Below are positions 28,417-36,675 of a DNA stretch of 64,000 nt, one piece after another. The position numbers and the translations under genes are program-made. The notes under the pieces are model-generated. The model searched no databases and was not told where the DNA came from. It saw only the letters and a list, made by a program, of their open reading frames with translations. Each line of letters opens with the position of its first letter. The stretch's first letter is position 1. The DNA comes from an uncultured Acidobacteriota bacterium (GTDB taxonomy: Bacteria; Acidobacteriota; Thermoanaerobaculia; Multivoradales; JAGPDF01): contig CAWAGZ010000004.1 in assembly GCA_963781755.1 (NCBI GenBank), positions 143,614-207,613 on the forward strand. The letters run 5' to 3'.

Positions 28417-29440
28417 TCAGGGGACGAGCACCGCGGAGCCCGCGATGCGGCCGGCGCGCAGCGCCGCGAGCGCGTCGCCGGCGCGCGCGAGCGGGAACGT
28501 CTCGACCCGCGGTCGCAGCGGAATGCGGGGCGCCAGCGCGAGCAGCTCCTCGCCGTCGCGGCGGGTCAGGTTGGCCACCGACCGGACGCTGCGCTCGCCC
28601 CACAGCAGGGCGTAGGGGAACGCCGGGATGTCGCTCATGTGGATCCCCGCGCAGACCACGGCGCCGCCCTTGCGCACCGCAGCCAGCGCCGCCGGCACCA
28701 GCTCTCCGGCGGGAGCGAAGACGAGCGCGGCGTCGAGCGGTTCGGGTGGGGCCTCGCCGCTCGCGCCCGCCCAGGTCGCGCCCAGTCTCGCGGGCGAACT
28801 CCTGCCCGGCGCGGTCGCCGGGTCGGGTGAAGGCGTAGACCTCGCGCCCGTCGTGGCGGGCGACCTGGGCCAGCAGGTGGGCGGCCGAGCCGAAGCCGTA
28901 GAAGCCCAGGCGCCGGACGGCGTCGCCGGAGCTCGCGTCGGCATCGGCCGCGGACGGCGCGCAGGCCATCCGGTAGGCGCGGTAGCCGATCAGTCCGGCG
29001 CACAGCAGGGGCGCGGCGTCGCGATCCGCGTAGCCGGACGGGACGGGGAACGCGAAGCGCGCGTCGGCCACCGCGAGCTCGGCGTAGCCGCCGTCGCGGT
29101 CGTAGCCGGTGAATCGGGCGTGGTCGCAGAGGTTCTCCTGGCCGCGGCGGCAGAAGGCGCACTCGCCGCAGGTCCAGCCGAGCCACGGCACGCCGACGCG
29201 GTCGCCCGGCGCCAGGCCCGCGACCCCGGCGCCGACCCGGTCGACGACGCCGACGATCTGGTGGCCCATCACCAGCGGCAGCTTCGGGTGCTCGAGCTCT
29301 CCGTCGAGGATGTGCAGGTCGGTGCGGCAGACGCCGCAGGCGGCGACGGCGAGCCGCACTTCGCCGGGTCCGGGCTCGGGGTCGGGCAACTCGCGCTCGA
29401 CCAGGGGAGCGCCGGGCCGATCGAGCACCATCGCGCGCAC
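28417..29440 (-). pseudogene. zinc-binding alcohol dehydrogenase, reading frame broken by a single-base insertion near 28796
   Basis: The N-terminal part (frame of ORF 24062..29440) reads MRAMVLDRPGAPLVERELPDPEPGPGEVRLAVAACGVCRTDLHILDGE...GHQIVG...CGECAFCRRGQENLC...FARE. The C-terminal part is in ORF 28417..28944: LGATWAGASGEAPPEPLDAALVFAPAGELVPAALAAVRKGGAVVCAGIHMSDIPAFPYALLWGERSVRSVANLTRRDGEELL. The junction reads gag-a-ctg. Length is 1024 nt, i.e. 3n+1. Confidence 0.85.
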
Positions 29441-29463
29441 GGAATCTCCTCCCGCCGGACCGA

Positions 29464-30558
29464 TCAGGCCATCGCCGCGGCGTCGATCTCCGGGTGTCGC
29501 TTGAGGAAATCCACCAGCCGCGGCAGGTAGTCGGCGAACCGGGGACAGCGGATGCCCAGGGGCTCGAGGTCGCGCCGCGCGTTCGTCGTGTCGTAGAAGG
29601 TCGGGTGCGCGAAGTAGACCACCGCGTTGGCCGGGATGCCCATCAGGCGGTAGACGCCGGGAACGTGCTCGATCGCCGCCTTGGCGACGCCGACCGGCAT
29701 CGGCGTGCGCACGACGATGCGGCCGGTGGCCCGGCCCATGAGCCGGATCGTCTCGTCGATCGTCGGTGGGTCGGGGTCGGCGAGCTGGTAGCAGCGGCCG
29801 GCCGAAGCAGGCTGCGCGGACAGGGCGTCGATGGCGCCGATCACGAAGTCGCGTGGCACCAGGTTGGCGCGATACCGGTCGACTCCGAGCGGCACCGGGA
29901 GCAGCGCCAGCGTCGGTTGCTTGAGCAGCCAGCGCAGCACGTAGTACGGGCCGTCGTACTTCTGCGTCTCGCCGCTCGCCGAGTCCCCCACGACGATGCC
30001 CGGCCGGTAGAGGGTCGCCGGCAGGCCGGAGTCCATCCGGGCGCGCACCTCGCGCTCGGCCAGGTACTTGGTCTCTTCGTAGTGGTTGTTGAAGCTCTGG
30101 CCCTTCTCGAGCTCGTCCTCGCGAAAGATGCCCGCCCAGCGCCCCGAGACGTAGCAGGTCGAGACGTACTGGAATCGCTCGAGGCGGGAGCAGGTCGCGG
30201 CGAAGTCGAGGACGTTCACCGTCCCCTCGACGTTGACCTTCATGCCGACCTCGCGCCGGACCTCGAGATCGTAGACGGCGGCGAGGTGGAAGACCTCGGT
30301 GACCCCCCGCGCGGCGGCGCGCGCGTCGTCCAGGCCGAGTCCGCGGCGGGTGATGTCGCCGGTCACCAGCTCGATGCGGCGGGCGGGGACGTTCTCCGCG
30401 GCCGCGATCTCGGCGGCCCGGGACCGCGCCAGGGCGGCGAACTTCTCCTGCACCAGACAGACCACGCGGGGCTCGCCGGGCCGGCGCAGGATCCGGCGCA
30501 CCAGCTCCGAGCCGAGGAAGCCGGGAAAGCCGGTGAACAGCACGCGGTCGGCGGGCAT
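29464..30558 (-). CDS. SDR-family NAD(P)-dependent reductase (thioester/fatty-acyl reductase-like, NAD_binding_4 type)
   Basis: C-terminal 364 aa of ORF 29464..32160. ATG 30558..30556 abuts the upstream stop (TGATG). MPADRVLFTGFPGFLGSELVRRIL. Also HLAAVYDL and YEETKYLAE (YxxxK). Confidence 0.8.
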   Translation of the reverse strand: MPADRVLFTGFPGFLGSELVRRILRRPGEPRVVCLVQEKFAALARSRAAEIAAAENVPARRIELVTGDITRRGLGLDDARAAARGVTEVFHLAAVYDLEVRREVGMKVNVEGTVNVLDFAATCSRLERFQYVSTCYVSGRWAGIFREDELEKGQSFNNHYEETKYLAEREVRARMDSGLPATLYRPGIVVGDSASGETQKYDGPYYVLRWLLKQPTLALLPVPLGVDRYRANLVPRDFVIGAIDALSAQPASAGRCYQLADPDPPTIDETIRLMGRATGRIVVRTPMPVGVAKAAIEHVPGVYRLMGIPANAVVYFAHPTFYDTTNARRDLEPLGIRCPRFADYLPRLVDFLKRHPEIDAAAMA

Positions 30559-32144
30559 CAGCGCACCCCGGGAACGCGCTTCAGCGCCTTCAGAGCGCCG
30601 GTGAACCAGCGCGCGAAGGCCTCGGCGGGCACGCCCTTCGGCGGCGCGATCGGCAACCCGCGCTGCAGCGTCACGTTCTGGGCCTCGGTGTACTTGAGGA
30701 TCCCCTCGGCGCCGTGGCGGCGGCCGAGGCCGGAGTCCTTGAAGCCGCCCATCGGAGCCCCGATCGAGGCCCAGCCGGCGACGTAGGTCTCGTTGATGGT
30801 GACGGTGCCGCACTGCAGCCGGCAGGCCATGCGCCGCGCCAGCTCGGTGTCGCGCGACCAGATCGAGGCGTTCAGGCCGTAGCGCGAGTCGTTGGCGCGC
30901 TCGATCGCCTCGTGGTTCGAGGCCACCGGGTAGACCGAAACCACCGGTCCGAAGGTCTCCTCGGAGTGCAGCTTCATCGCCGGGGTGACTCCGGTCAGCA
31001 CCGTGGGCTCGTAGACCAGCGGGCCGATCTCCGGCCGCCGGCGCCCGCCGCACTCGAGCCGGGCGCCGCGGGCGACGGCGTCGCCGACGTGGGCCTCGAC
31101 GGTGGCCATCTGCTGGGCCGAGGCGAGCGAGCCGACATCGTAGGTCCAGTCGAGCCCGGTGCCGAGGCGGATCGCGCGGGTGGCGGCCACGAAGCCCTCC
31201 AGGAATCGGTCGTGGACCGACTCGTGGACGTAGACGCGCTCGGTCGAGACGCACAGCTGGCCGGCGGAGGCGAAGGAGCCGCGGACCGCGCCGGCCACGG
31301 CCTGGTCGATCTCGGCGTCGGCCAGCACGAGCATCGGGTTCTTGCCCCCCAGCTCGAGCGAGCAGCCGATCAGACGGCCGCCGGCCTCGCGCGCGATCCG
31401 GCGTCCGGTCTCGGTCGAGCCGGTGAACTGGAGGAAGTCCACGACATCGTAGAGCGCCGGGCCGAGCGTCGCGCCGGCGCCGCACACCGCCTGATAGAGG
31501 CCGTCCGGCAGCCCGGCCTCGGCCAGCAGGTCGAGGGTCCAGAGCAGCGTGAAGGGGGTCTGGGAGTCGGGCTTCTCGAGCACCGCGTTGCCCGCGAGCA
31601 GCGCGGGGATGGCGTCGGTGACCCCCATCGAGAGCGGGTAGTTCCAGGGCGCGATGATCCCGACCAGCCCCTTCGGCTGCCGGTACTCGCGGCTCTCGGT
31701 CAGCGCCGGGATCGCCCCCTTGTGCGTGCGCGGCGCGAGGTAGCCGCCGGCGTGGACTGCATAGTGCCGGGCGACGATCGCGGTGTCGGCCACCTCCTCG
31801 TAGGCGTGGAGGCGGGCCTTGCCCGACTCGAGCTGGACGAGGTCGAGGACCTCGTCCTGGCGCGCCAGCAGCAAGTCGTGGAAGCGCAAGAAGATCCGGG
31901 CGCGGCGGGCGAAGGAGAGCTGGCTCCACTCCTCCTGGGCGGCGCGGCCCCGGATCGCGGCGGCGGCGACGTCGGCCGGGGTCGAGCGCGGCACCTCGCC
32001 CAGCGGCTCGAGGTCGAGCGGCGAGACGATGGTCATCCGCTCGGCCCCGCTGCCGGCGGCGACGCGCCGGGCGAGCTCGGGCAGCCGGTCGAGGTGCCCG
32101 GGCCGGAGGAGCGCGGGGATCCGATTCGGGCTGGAGACGCTCAT
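30558..32144 (-). CDS. NAD(P)-dependent aldehyde dehydrogenase (succinate-semialdehyde dehydrogenase-like)
   Basis: C-terminal 528 aa of ORF 30558..32735, from ATG 32144. Motifs GIIAPWNYPL, FTGSTETGRRI, catalytic LELGGKNPMLV, SAGQLCVSTERVYV and EETFGPV. Confidence 0.9.
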   Translation of the reverse strand: MSVSSPNRIPALLRPGHLDRLPELARRVAAGSGAERMTIVSPLDLEPLGEVPRSTPADVAAAAIRGRAAQEEWSQLSFARRARIFLRFHDLLLARQDEVLDLVQLESGKARLHAYEEVADTAIVARHYAVHAGGYLAPRTHKGAIPALTESREYRQPKGLVGIIAPWNYPLSMGVTDAIPALLAGNAVLEKPDSQTPFTLLWTLDLLAEAGLPDGLYQAVCGAGATLGPALYDVVDFLQFTGSTETGRRIAREAGGRLIGCSLELGGKNPMLVLADAEIDQAVAGAVRGSFASAGQLCVSTERVYVHESVHDRFLEGFVAATRAIRLGTGLDWTYDVGSLASAQQMATVEAHVGDAVARGARLECGGRRRPEIGPLVYEPTVLTGVTPAMKLHSEETFGPVVSVYPVASNHEAIERANDSRYGLNASIWSRDTELARRMACRLQCGTVTINETYVAGWASIGAPMGGFKDSGLGRRHGAEGILKYTEAQNVTLQRGLPIAPPKGVPAEAFARWFTGALKALKRVPGVR

Positions 32145-32241
32145 GGCGGAAGCCTTCCACCGCGCTCCCGCCACGTCAAGGCGCGGCATCGGGACGACGC
32201 GCCGCGGCAAGAACCCCGCCGGACGCGGCCCCCGCGCGGGC

Positions 32242-32805
32242 TCAGCCCGCGGGCGGACCGAAGGAGCGCTCGAACAGGGCGGCGATCGCCGCCTGCCCCT
32301 CGGCGGAGAGATTCCGCGTGCCGGTCCCGGCGAAGGTCTTGTCGCCGATCCGGGGGGTCTCGGGGACCCAGCGCCCCTCGCGCCAGTGGAACCACTCGTG
32401 GCGGGCCTGGTCGAAGACCCAGACCGGACGATTGAACAGCTTGGCCAGCTCGACGCCCCAGCCGGTGCCGCCCTTGACGGTGTCGTCGGACTGGATCCAG
32501 CCGATGGCGAAGACCTGGAAGGACTCGTTGACCATGGCATAGAGCGACTGCACGACCCGGCGGATCCGCTCCGCCCGGTGGTAGGTCCGTCCCATGCGCT
32601 TGGAGACGATCTCCATCGAGACGTCGCCGGCCGCCAGGTCGGCGTCGGAGAGCACGCGCACGTTGACCGGCCACTCCATGTCGTGGCCCTCGAAGGAGAG
32701 CGTCGTCTGCGTGAGGCCCCAGCGCTTCGCGGCACGGCCGAACTCCGCCTCGGCGCCCCTGTGGCCGCCGGAGATCAGAGCGGGTTTCTGGGTGGAACTC
32801 GACAT
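32242..32805 (-). CDS. hypothetical protein, possible SLOG/LOG/DprA-like Rossmann fold
   Basis: ORF 32242..32916 trimmed to ATG 32805 (MSSSTQKPALISGGHRGAEAEFGRAAKRWGL...). Second glycine-rich element KGGTGWGVELAKLFNRPVWVFD. I cannot assign a family with confidence. Confidence 0.55.
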   Translation of the reverse strand: MSSSTQKPALISGGHRGAEAEFGRAAKRWGLTQTTLSFEGHDMEWPVNVRVLSDADLAAGDVSMEIVSKRMGRTYHRAERIRRVVQSLYAMVNESFQVFAIGWIQSDDTVKGGTGWGVELAKLFNRPVWVFDQARHEWFHWREGRWVPETPRIGDKTFAGTGTRNLSAEGQAAIAALFERSFGPPAG

Positions 32806-32948
32806 GAACGGCTCCTGGAAGTGGACTCTCGGTTCCCGACGCAGATCCGCAGCGCGAACCGGCGAATCGCGGGCAAGGATTCTATAGGCAAACCCGTGGC
32901 ATGGGCCGCGCCGCACCGAGCGGAGGCAGAACCTCCTTCAGCAGGGAA

Positions 32949-33197
32949 GGGGACACGCAGCAAGCTTGCATGTCCCCTGGGCGTAACACCGTCTCGGCGT
33001 TGGCGGAGGCTCGGGTTCGGGGACGGGTGGCTCGGCGCTCGCCATGCCCCTGCCAACGGGAGGCTCGGCTCTGGTCGCTTCTCGCGCCGACAGGAGGCTC
33101 GGCCTTCGCTGCGCCTCCCGGTGAAGGACCGCTGCGGCCCGGATCGGCGAGGCGCTCGCTACCCCCGAGGGGACATGCTGGCTTGCTGCGTGTCCCC
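32949..33197. repeat. REP/BIME-like element: two 29-nt quasi-palindromes in inverted orientation flanking three GGAGGCTCGG direct repeats
   Basis: Left arm ggggacacgcagcaagcttgcatgtcccc (32949-32977). Right arm ggggacatgctggcttgctgcgtgtcccc (33169-33197). The reverse complement of the left arm matches the right arm at 27/29 positions. Each arm can fold on itself (ggggaca...tgtcccc). ggaggctcgg occurs at 33005, 33059 and 33093. The element lies in the 423-bp intergenic gap. Confidence 0.7.
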
Positions 33198-33228
33198 TCA
33201 TGACACGAGGTCCCGCCACGGCACCGGC

Positions 33229-34458
33229 CTACGCCGGGCGGGAGTGGGAGAGGACCTCGAGGACGTAGTCCACGTCCTTCTCGGTGTGGTCGGCCGAGAG
33301 CTGGAAGCGGATCGTCTCGTCGCCCTTGGGCACCACCGGGAAGCTCAGGCCGGTGGCCAGCACGCCGTGGCTCTTCAGGTGGTCGACCAGCTCGCGGGTC
33401 CTCGGCGTGTCGCGGACGAACAGCGGCACCACCGGGTGGTCGCCTTCGAGGGTCTCGAACCCGAGCGCGACCAGCCCGGCGCGGAAGCGGCGGGTGACCG
33501 CGCGCAGGTGCGCCAGCAGATCGGCGCCGCGGTCGCCGTCGAGGTACTCGACCGCGGCCAGCGCGGCCGCCGCCTCGGCGGGGGTGATCGGGTTCGAGTA
33601 GATGTACATCGGCGCCGATTCGCGCAGGAAGTCGATCAGCGTGCGGGCGCCGACGACATAGCCGCCGTTGACCCCGAAGGCCTTGCCCAGGGTACCGATC
33701 AACACGTCCGCGGGGCCCGACTCGAGGTGCTCCTCGGTGCCGCGGCCGGTCGGCCCGTAGGCGCCGACGCCGTGGGAGTCGTCGACCATGACGACGACGT
33801 TCTCGGCGAATTTCGAATCGAAGCGCCGGGCGACGCTCAGCAGCTGGTGCAACGGCGCGTGGTCGCCGCGCATCGAGAAGATGCCGTCGGTGATCACCAG
33901 CACGCGACGGCACTGGCCGACGAGCCCGGCGAGCTTCTCCTCGAAGTCGAGCTCGTCGTTGTGGCGATAGACGCGCTTCTCCTTCGGGCGTGACAGGCGG
34001 ATCGCGTTGATGATGCAGTTGTGGTTGAGCTCGTCGGAGACCAGCGCCGTCTCCGGCGTGACCAGGGGCAGAAAGCTGCCGACCATCGTCGCGTAGGCGG
34101 AGCTGAAGATCATCGCCGCCTCGCGGCCGTGGAACTCCGCCAGCTTCGCTTCGAGCGCGACATGCGGCTCGTAGGTGCCGCTGATGAAGCGCACCGCGCC
34201 CGGACCGGCGCCGAACTTGCGCACCGCCGCCTCCTCGGCCTCGACCACCTCGGGACGCAGGTTCATCCCGAGGTAGTTGTTCGAGTTCATCTTGAGGAAC
34301 GGGCGCTCGTCCTCGTCGGCGATCAGGTAGCGGGGGCCGAAGCCGTCGCCCGGGCGGACGACGCCGACGATGACGGATTCGTGCCGCTTCGGGTTGCCAC
34401 GGGCGTCGAGCACGGCGAGCTCGGCTCCGAGCGCGTCGAGGAATCGATCGTGGGGCAT
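33229..34458 (-). CDS. kbl: glycine C-acetyltransferase (2-amino-3-ketobutyrate CoA ligase)
   Basis: ORF 33229..34554 trimmed to ATG 34458, preceded by GGAGG. MNSNNYLGMNLRPEVVEAEEAAVRKFGAGPGAVRFISGTYEPHVALEAKLAEFHG. PLP-binding lysine in GTLGKAFG. Adjacent to tdh. Confidence 0.9.
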   Translation of the reverse strand: MPHDRFLDALGAELAVLDARGNPKRHESVIVGVVRPGDGFGPRYLIADEDERPFLKMNSNNYLGMNLRPEVVEAEEAAVRKFGAGPGAVRFISGTYEPHVALEAKLAEFHGREAAMIFSSAYATMVGSFLPLVTPETALVSDELNHNCIINAIRLSRPKEKRVYRHNDELDFEEKLAGLVGQCRRVLVITDGIFSMRGDHAPLHQLLSVARRFDSKFAENVVVMVDDSHGVGAYGPTGRGTEEHLESGPADVLIGTLGKAFGVNGGYVVGARTLIDFLRESAPMYIYSNPITPAEAAAALAAVEYLDGDRGADLLAHLRAVTRRFRAGLVALGFETLEGDHPVVPLFVRDTPRTRELVDHLKSHGVLATGLSFPVVPKGDETIRFQLSADHTEKDVDYVLEVLSHSRPA

Positions 34459-34469
34459 CGGGGGACCTC

Positions 34470-35423
34470 CTAGTTCAGGCGCAGCTTCGGGCGCAGCTTC
34501 TCGATCATGTCGGCGGTCATCGCGGCGAGGTCGTACTCCGCCTTCCAGCCCCACTCGGCGCGCGCCGCGGAGTCGTCGAGCGACTGCGGCCAGGAGTCGG
34601 CGATCGCCTGGCGCACCGGGTCGACCTGGTATTCGATCTGGAAGCCGGGGACGTGCTTGCGGATCTCGGCGGCGACCTCCTCGGGGGTGAAGTTGGCCGC
34701 CGCGATGTTGAAGGCGTTGCGGTGCACCAGGCGCGCCGGGTCGGCCTCCATCAGCTCGAGCGCGGCGCGGATCGCGTCCGGCATGTACATCATGTCCAGC
34801 CGCGTCTCCGGTCCCAGGAAGCAGCGGTAGCGGCCGTGGCGCAGGGCGTCGTAGAAGATCGCCACCGCGTAGTCGGTGGTGCCGCCGCCGGGCGGCGCGA
34901 CGTGCGAGATCAGGCCGGGGAAGCGCACGCCCCGGACGTCGAGACCGAAGCGGTGAGCGTAGTAGTCGGCGAGCAGCTCGCCGGCGACCTTGGTCACGCC
35001 GTAGATCGTGTTGGGGCGCTGGAGCGTGTCCTGCGGCGTCTCCCGCCGCGGCGTGCCCGGACCGAAGGCGGCGATCGAGCTCGGGTGGAACAGCGCGCAG
35101 TGGTTCTCCCGCGCCACCTCGAGGACCTTGTAGAGGCCCCCCATGTTGATCTCCCAGGCGACGTGCGGCCGCTCCTCCGCGGTCGCCGAGAGCAGGGCGG
35201 CGAGGTGGTAGACCGTGCCCACTTCGTGGCGGCGGACCAGGTCCTGGAGCTGACGGAAGTTGGTCACGTCGAGCACGGCGAAGGGGCCGTCGGGGTCGGA
35301 CCCCGCCGGGGGAACGCGGATGTCGGAGGCCACGACCTGGTCGGCGCCGTAGCGCGAGCGCAGGGCGGGGACGAGCTCGGAACCGATCTGGCCGAGCGCA
35401 CCGGTGACGAGAATTCGACGCAT
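34470..35423 (-). CDS. tdh: L-threonine 3-dehydrogenase (SDR / UDP-glucose 4-epimerase-like type)
   Basis: 317 aa. MRRILVTGALGQIGSELVPAL. YGVTKVAGE (YxxxK). The epimerase-like fold immediately upstream of kbl is the classical pairing for short-chain TDH. Confidence 0.8.
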   Translation of the reverse strand: MRRILVTGALGQIGSELVPALRSRYGADQVVASDIRVPPAGSDPDGPFAVLDVTNFRQLQDLVRRHEVGTVYHLAALLSATAEERPHVAWEINMGGLYKVLEVARENHCALFHPSSIAAFGPGTPRRETPQDTLQRPNTIYGVTKVAGELLADYYAHRFGLDVRGVRFPGLISHVAPPGGGTTDYAVAIFYDALRHGRYRCFLGPETRLDMMYMPDAIRAALELMEADPARLVHRNAFNIAAANFTPEEVAAEIRKHVPGFQIEYQVDPVRQAIADSWPQSLDDSAARAEWGWKAEYDLAAMTADMIEKLRPKLRLN

Positions 35424-35436
35424 GGCGGAGAAGAGC

Positions 35437-36357
35437 CTAACCGGGGGCGGCGAGGAAGGCGAGCAGCCGCCGGGTGACCTCCGGTGCCGCCTCGTGCTCG
35501 ACCCAGTGCCCGGCGCCCGGGATCTCCACCACTTCGACCTCGCGGCAGCGGTCGGCGCAGGGCGCGATCAGCTCGCGTCCGAGCGCCGCGTCGTCCAGCC
35601 CCCAGAGCAGCAGCACGGGGGGCTCGACCGGCGCGCGCGGGAGTCGGCGCGGCGGATTCCAGAGCGCCGCCCGGTACCAGTTGAGCATCCCGGTCAGCGC
35701 CCCCGGCCGGGCGGCGGCAGCGGCGTAGGCGTCGAGGTCCGCCTCGGTGAACGTCCCCGGCCGGCTGGTGCGCCGGAAGATCGAGCGCAGAGGACGGTAT
35801 CCGCCGGCGGCGAGCTTGCGCTCGGGCAGCCAGGGGAGCTGGAAGTAGAAGGCATAGCGCATCCGGCGGCGCTGCGCCCGGCTCGTGCGCAGGGCGTGGC
35901 GCAGAACCCCCGGGTCCGGCGCGTTGAGGATCGCCAGGCGCGCGATCCGGGCCGGGGCGCGGCGGACCACCCACCAGGCGACGACGCCGCCCCAGTCGTG
36001 GCCGACCAGGGGCACGGCGCGGGGACCGGAGGGCGGCGCGACCGCCTCGAGCAGCGCCTCGACGACGTCGGCGAGCGGGTCCAGGCCGTAGGCGGCGAGC
36101 CCGCGCGGCTTGTCCGAGAGGTTGTAGCCGGGCAGGTCGGGGGCGATCACCCGCCAGCCGGCAGCCGCCAGGGCGGGGATCTGCCGGCGCCAGCCCCACC
36201 AGAACTCCGGGAAGCCGTGCAGCAGCACGACCGGAGGGCCGTCCGGCGGCCCGGCCTCGACGACGTGGAGACTTCGTCCGGCGGCCGGGATCGACCGCTC
36301 GCGCAGCAGCGCTTCGGGGTGCTCGGCGGCGAGCCGCTCGCAGGCCGGGTCGGTCAT
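35437..36357 (-). CDS. alpha/beta hydrolase (epoxide hydrolase / haloalkane dehalogenase-like)
   Basis: ORF trimmed to ATG 36357. VVLLHGFPEFWWGWRRQIPALAAAGWRVIAPDLPGYNLSDKP. Asp nucleophile elbow VGHDWGG. C-terminal GAGHWVEHE. Confidence 0.85.
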   Translation of the reverse strand: MTDPACERLAAEHPEALLRERSIPAAGRSLHVVEAGPPDGPPVVLLHGFPEFWWGWRRQIPALAAAGWRVIAPDLPGYNLSDKPRGLAAYGLDPLADVVEALLEAVAPPSGPRAVPLVGHDWGGVVAWWVVRRAPARIARLAILNAPDPGVLRHALRTSRAQRRRMRYAFYFQLPWLPERKLAAGGYRPLRSIFRRTSRPGTFTEADLDAYAAAAARPGALTGMLNWYRAALWNPPRRLPRAPVEPPVLLLWGLDDAALGRELIAPCADRCREVEVVEIPGAGHWVEHEAAPEVTRRLLAFLAAPG

Positions 36358-36386
36358 GCCGACGCCGACTCTAGCCTTCCGCGTGC

Positions 36387-36605
36387 TCAGGAGGGGAGCT
36401 TCAGCTCGACCCAACGCCGGCAGACGTCGCGCAGGCTTTCCTGCGATTCGGTGGCCACCGCCTCGCGGACGAATCGGTCGATCTCGGCGCGGTCCTTGCC
36501 GGCGCGGCGCATCGCCTGGCGCACGGCGGCGGCGACCGCCCAGCGGTTGCGGCTGCGCACGGTCACCCGGAGGTCGGGAAAGGCGGGCGAGGGCTGGGCG
36601 TTCAT
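36387..36605 (-). CDS. small hypothetical protein (72 aa)
   Basis: Compact ORF that fills the gap between two minus-strand genes. Composition is protein-like (MNAQPSPAFPDLRVTVRSRNRWAVAAAVRQAMRRAGKDRAEIDRFVREAVATESQESLRDVCRRWVELKLPS). No family recognised. Confidence 0.45.
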   Translation of the reverse strand: MNAQPSPAFPDLRVTVRSRNRWAVAAAVRQAMRRAGKDRAEIDRFVREAVATESQESLRDVCRRWVELKLPS

Positions 36606-36675
36606 CGTCTCTCGCCTGTTCTACTCCGGGACGGCCGGAATGTTACGCGCGGGCCGGACCGGGGCCCGGCGGGCC

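Noticed and set aside
24062-29440. Single 1792-aa ORF in the track
   Set aside because: It is a concatenation. In the same frame it contains the N-terminal part of a Zn-ADH, an out-of-frame stretch, the tricorn N-terminal 780 aa, another out-of-frame Arg/Pro-rich stretch and an intact quinone oxidoreductase. Each part has its own start and RBS. The absence of stops is a GC artefact.
32938-33219. 93-aa minus-strand ORF spanning exactly the repeat element (a similar ORF lies at 32775..33056)
   Set aside because: Its sequence is just the translated direct repeats (AEPPVG/AEPPVP) bounded by the palindromes. There is no RBS. It is more parsimoniously non-coding.
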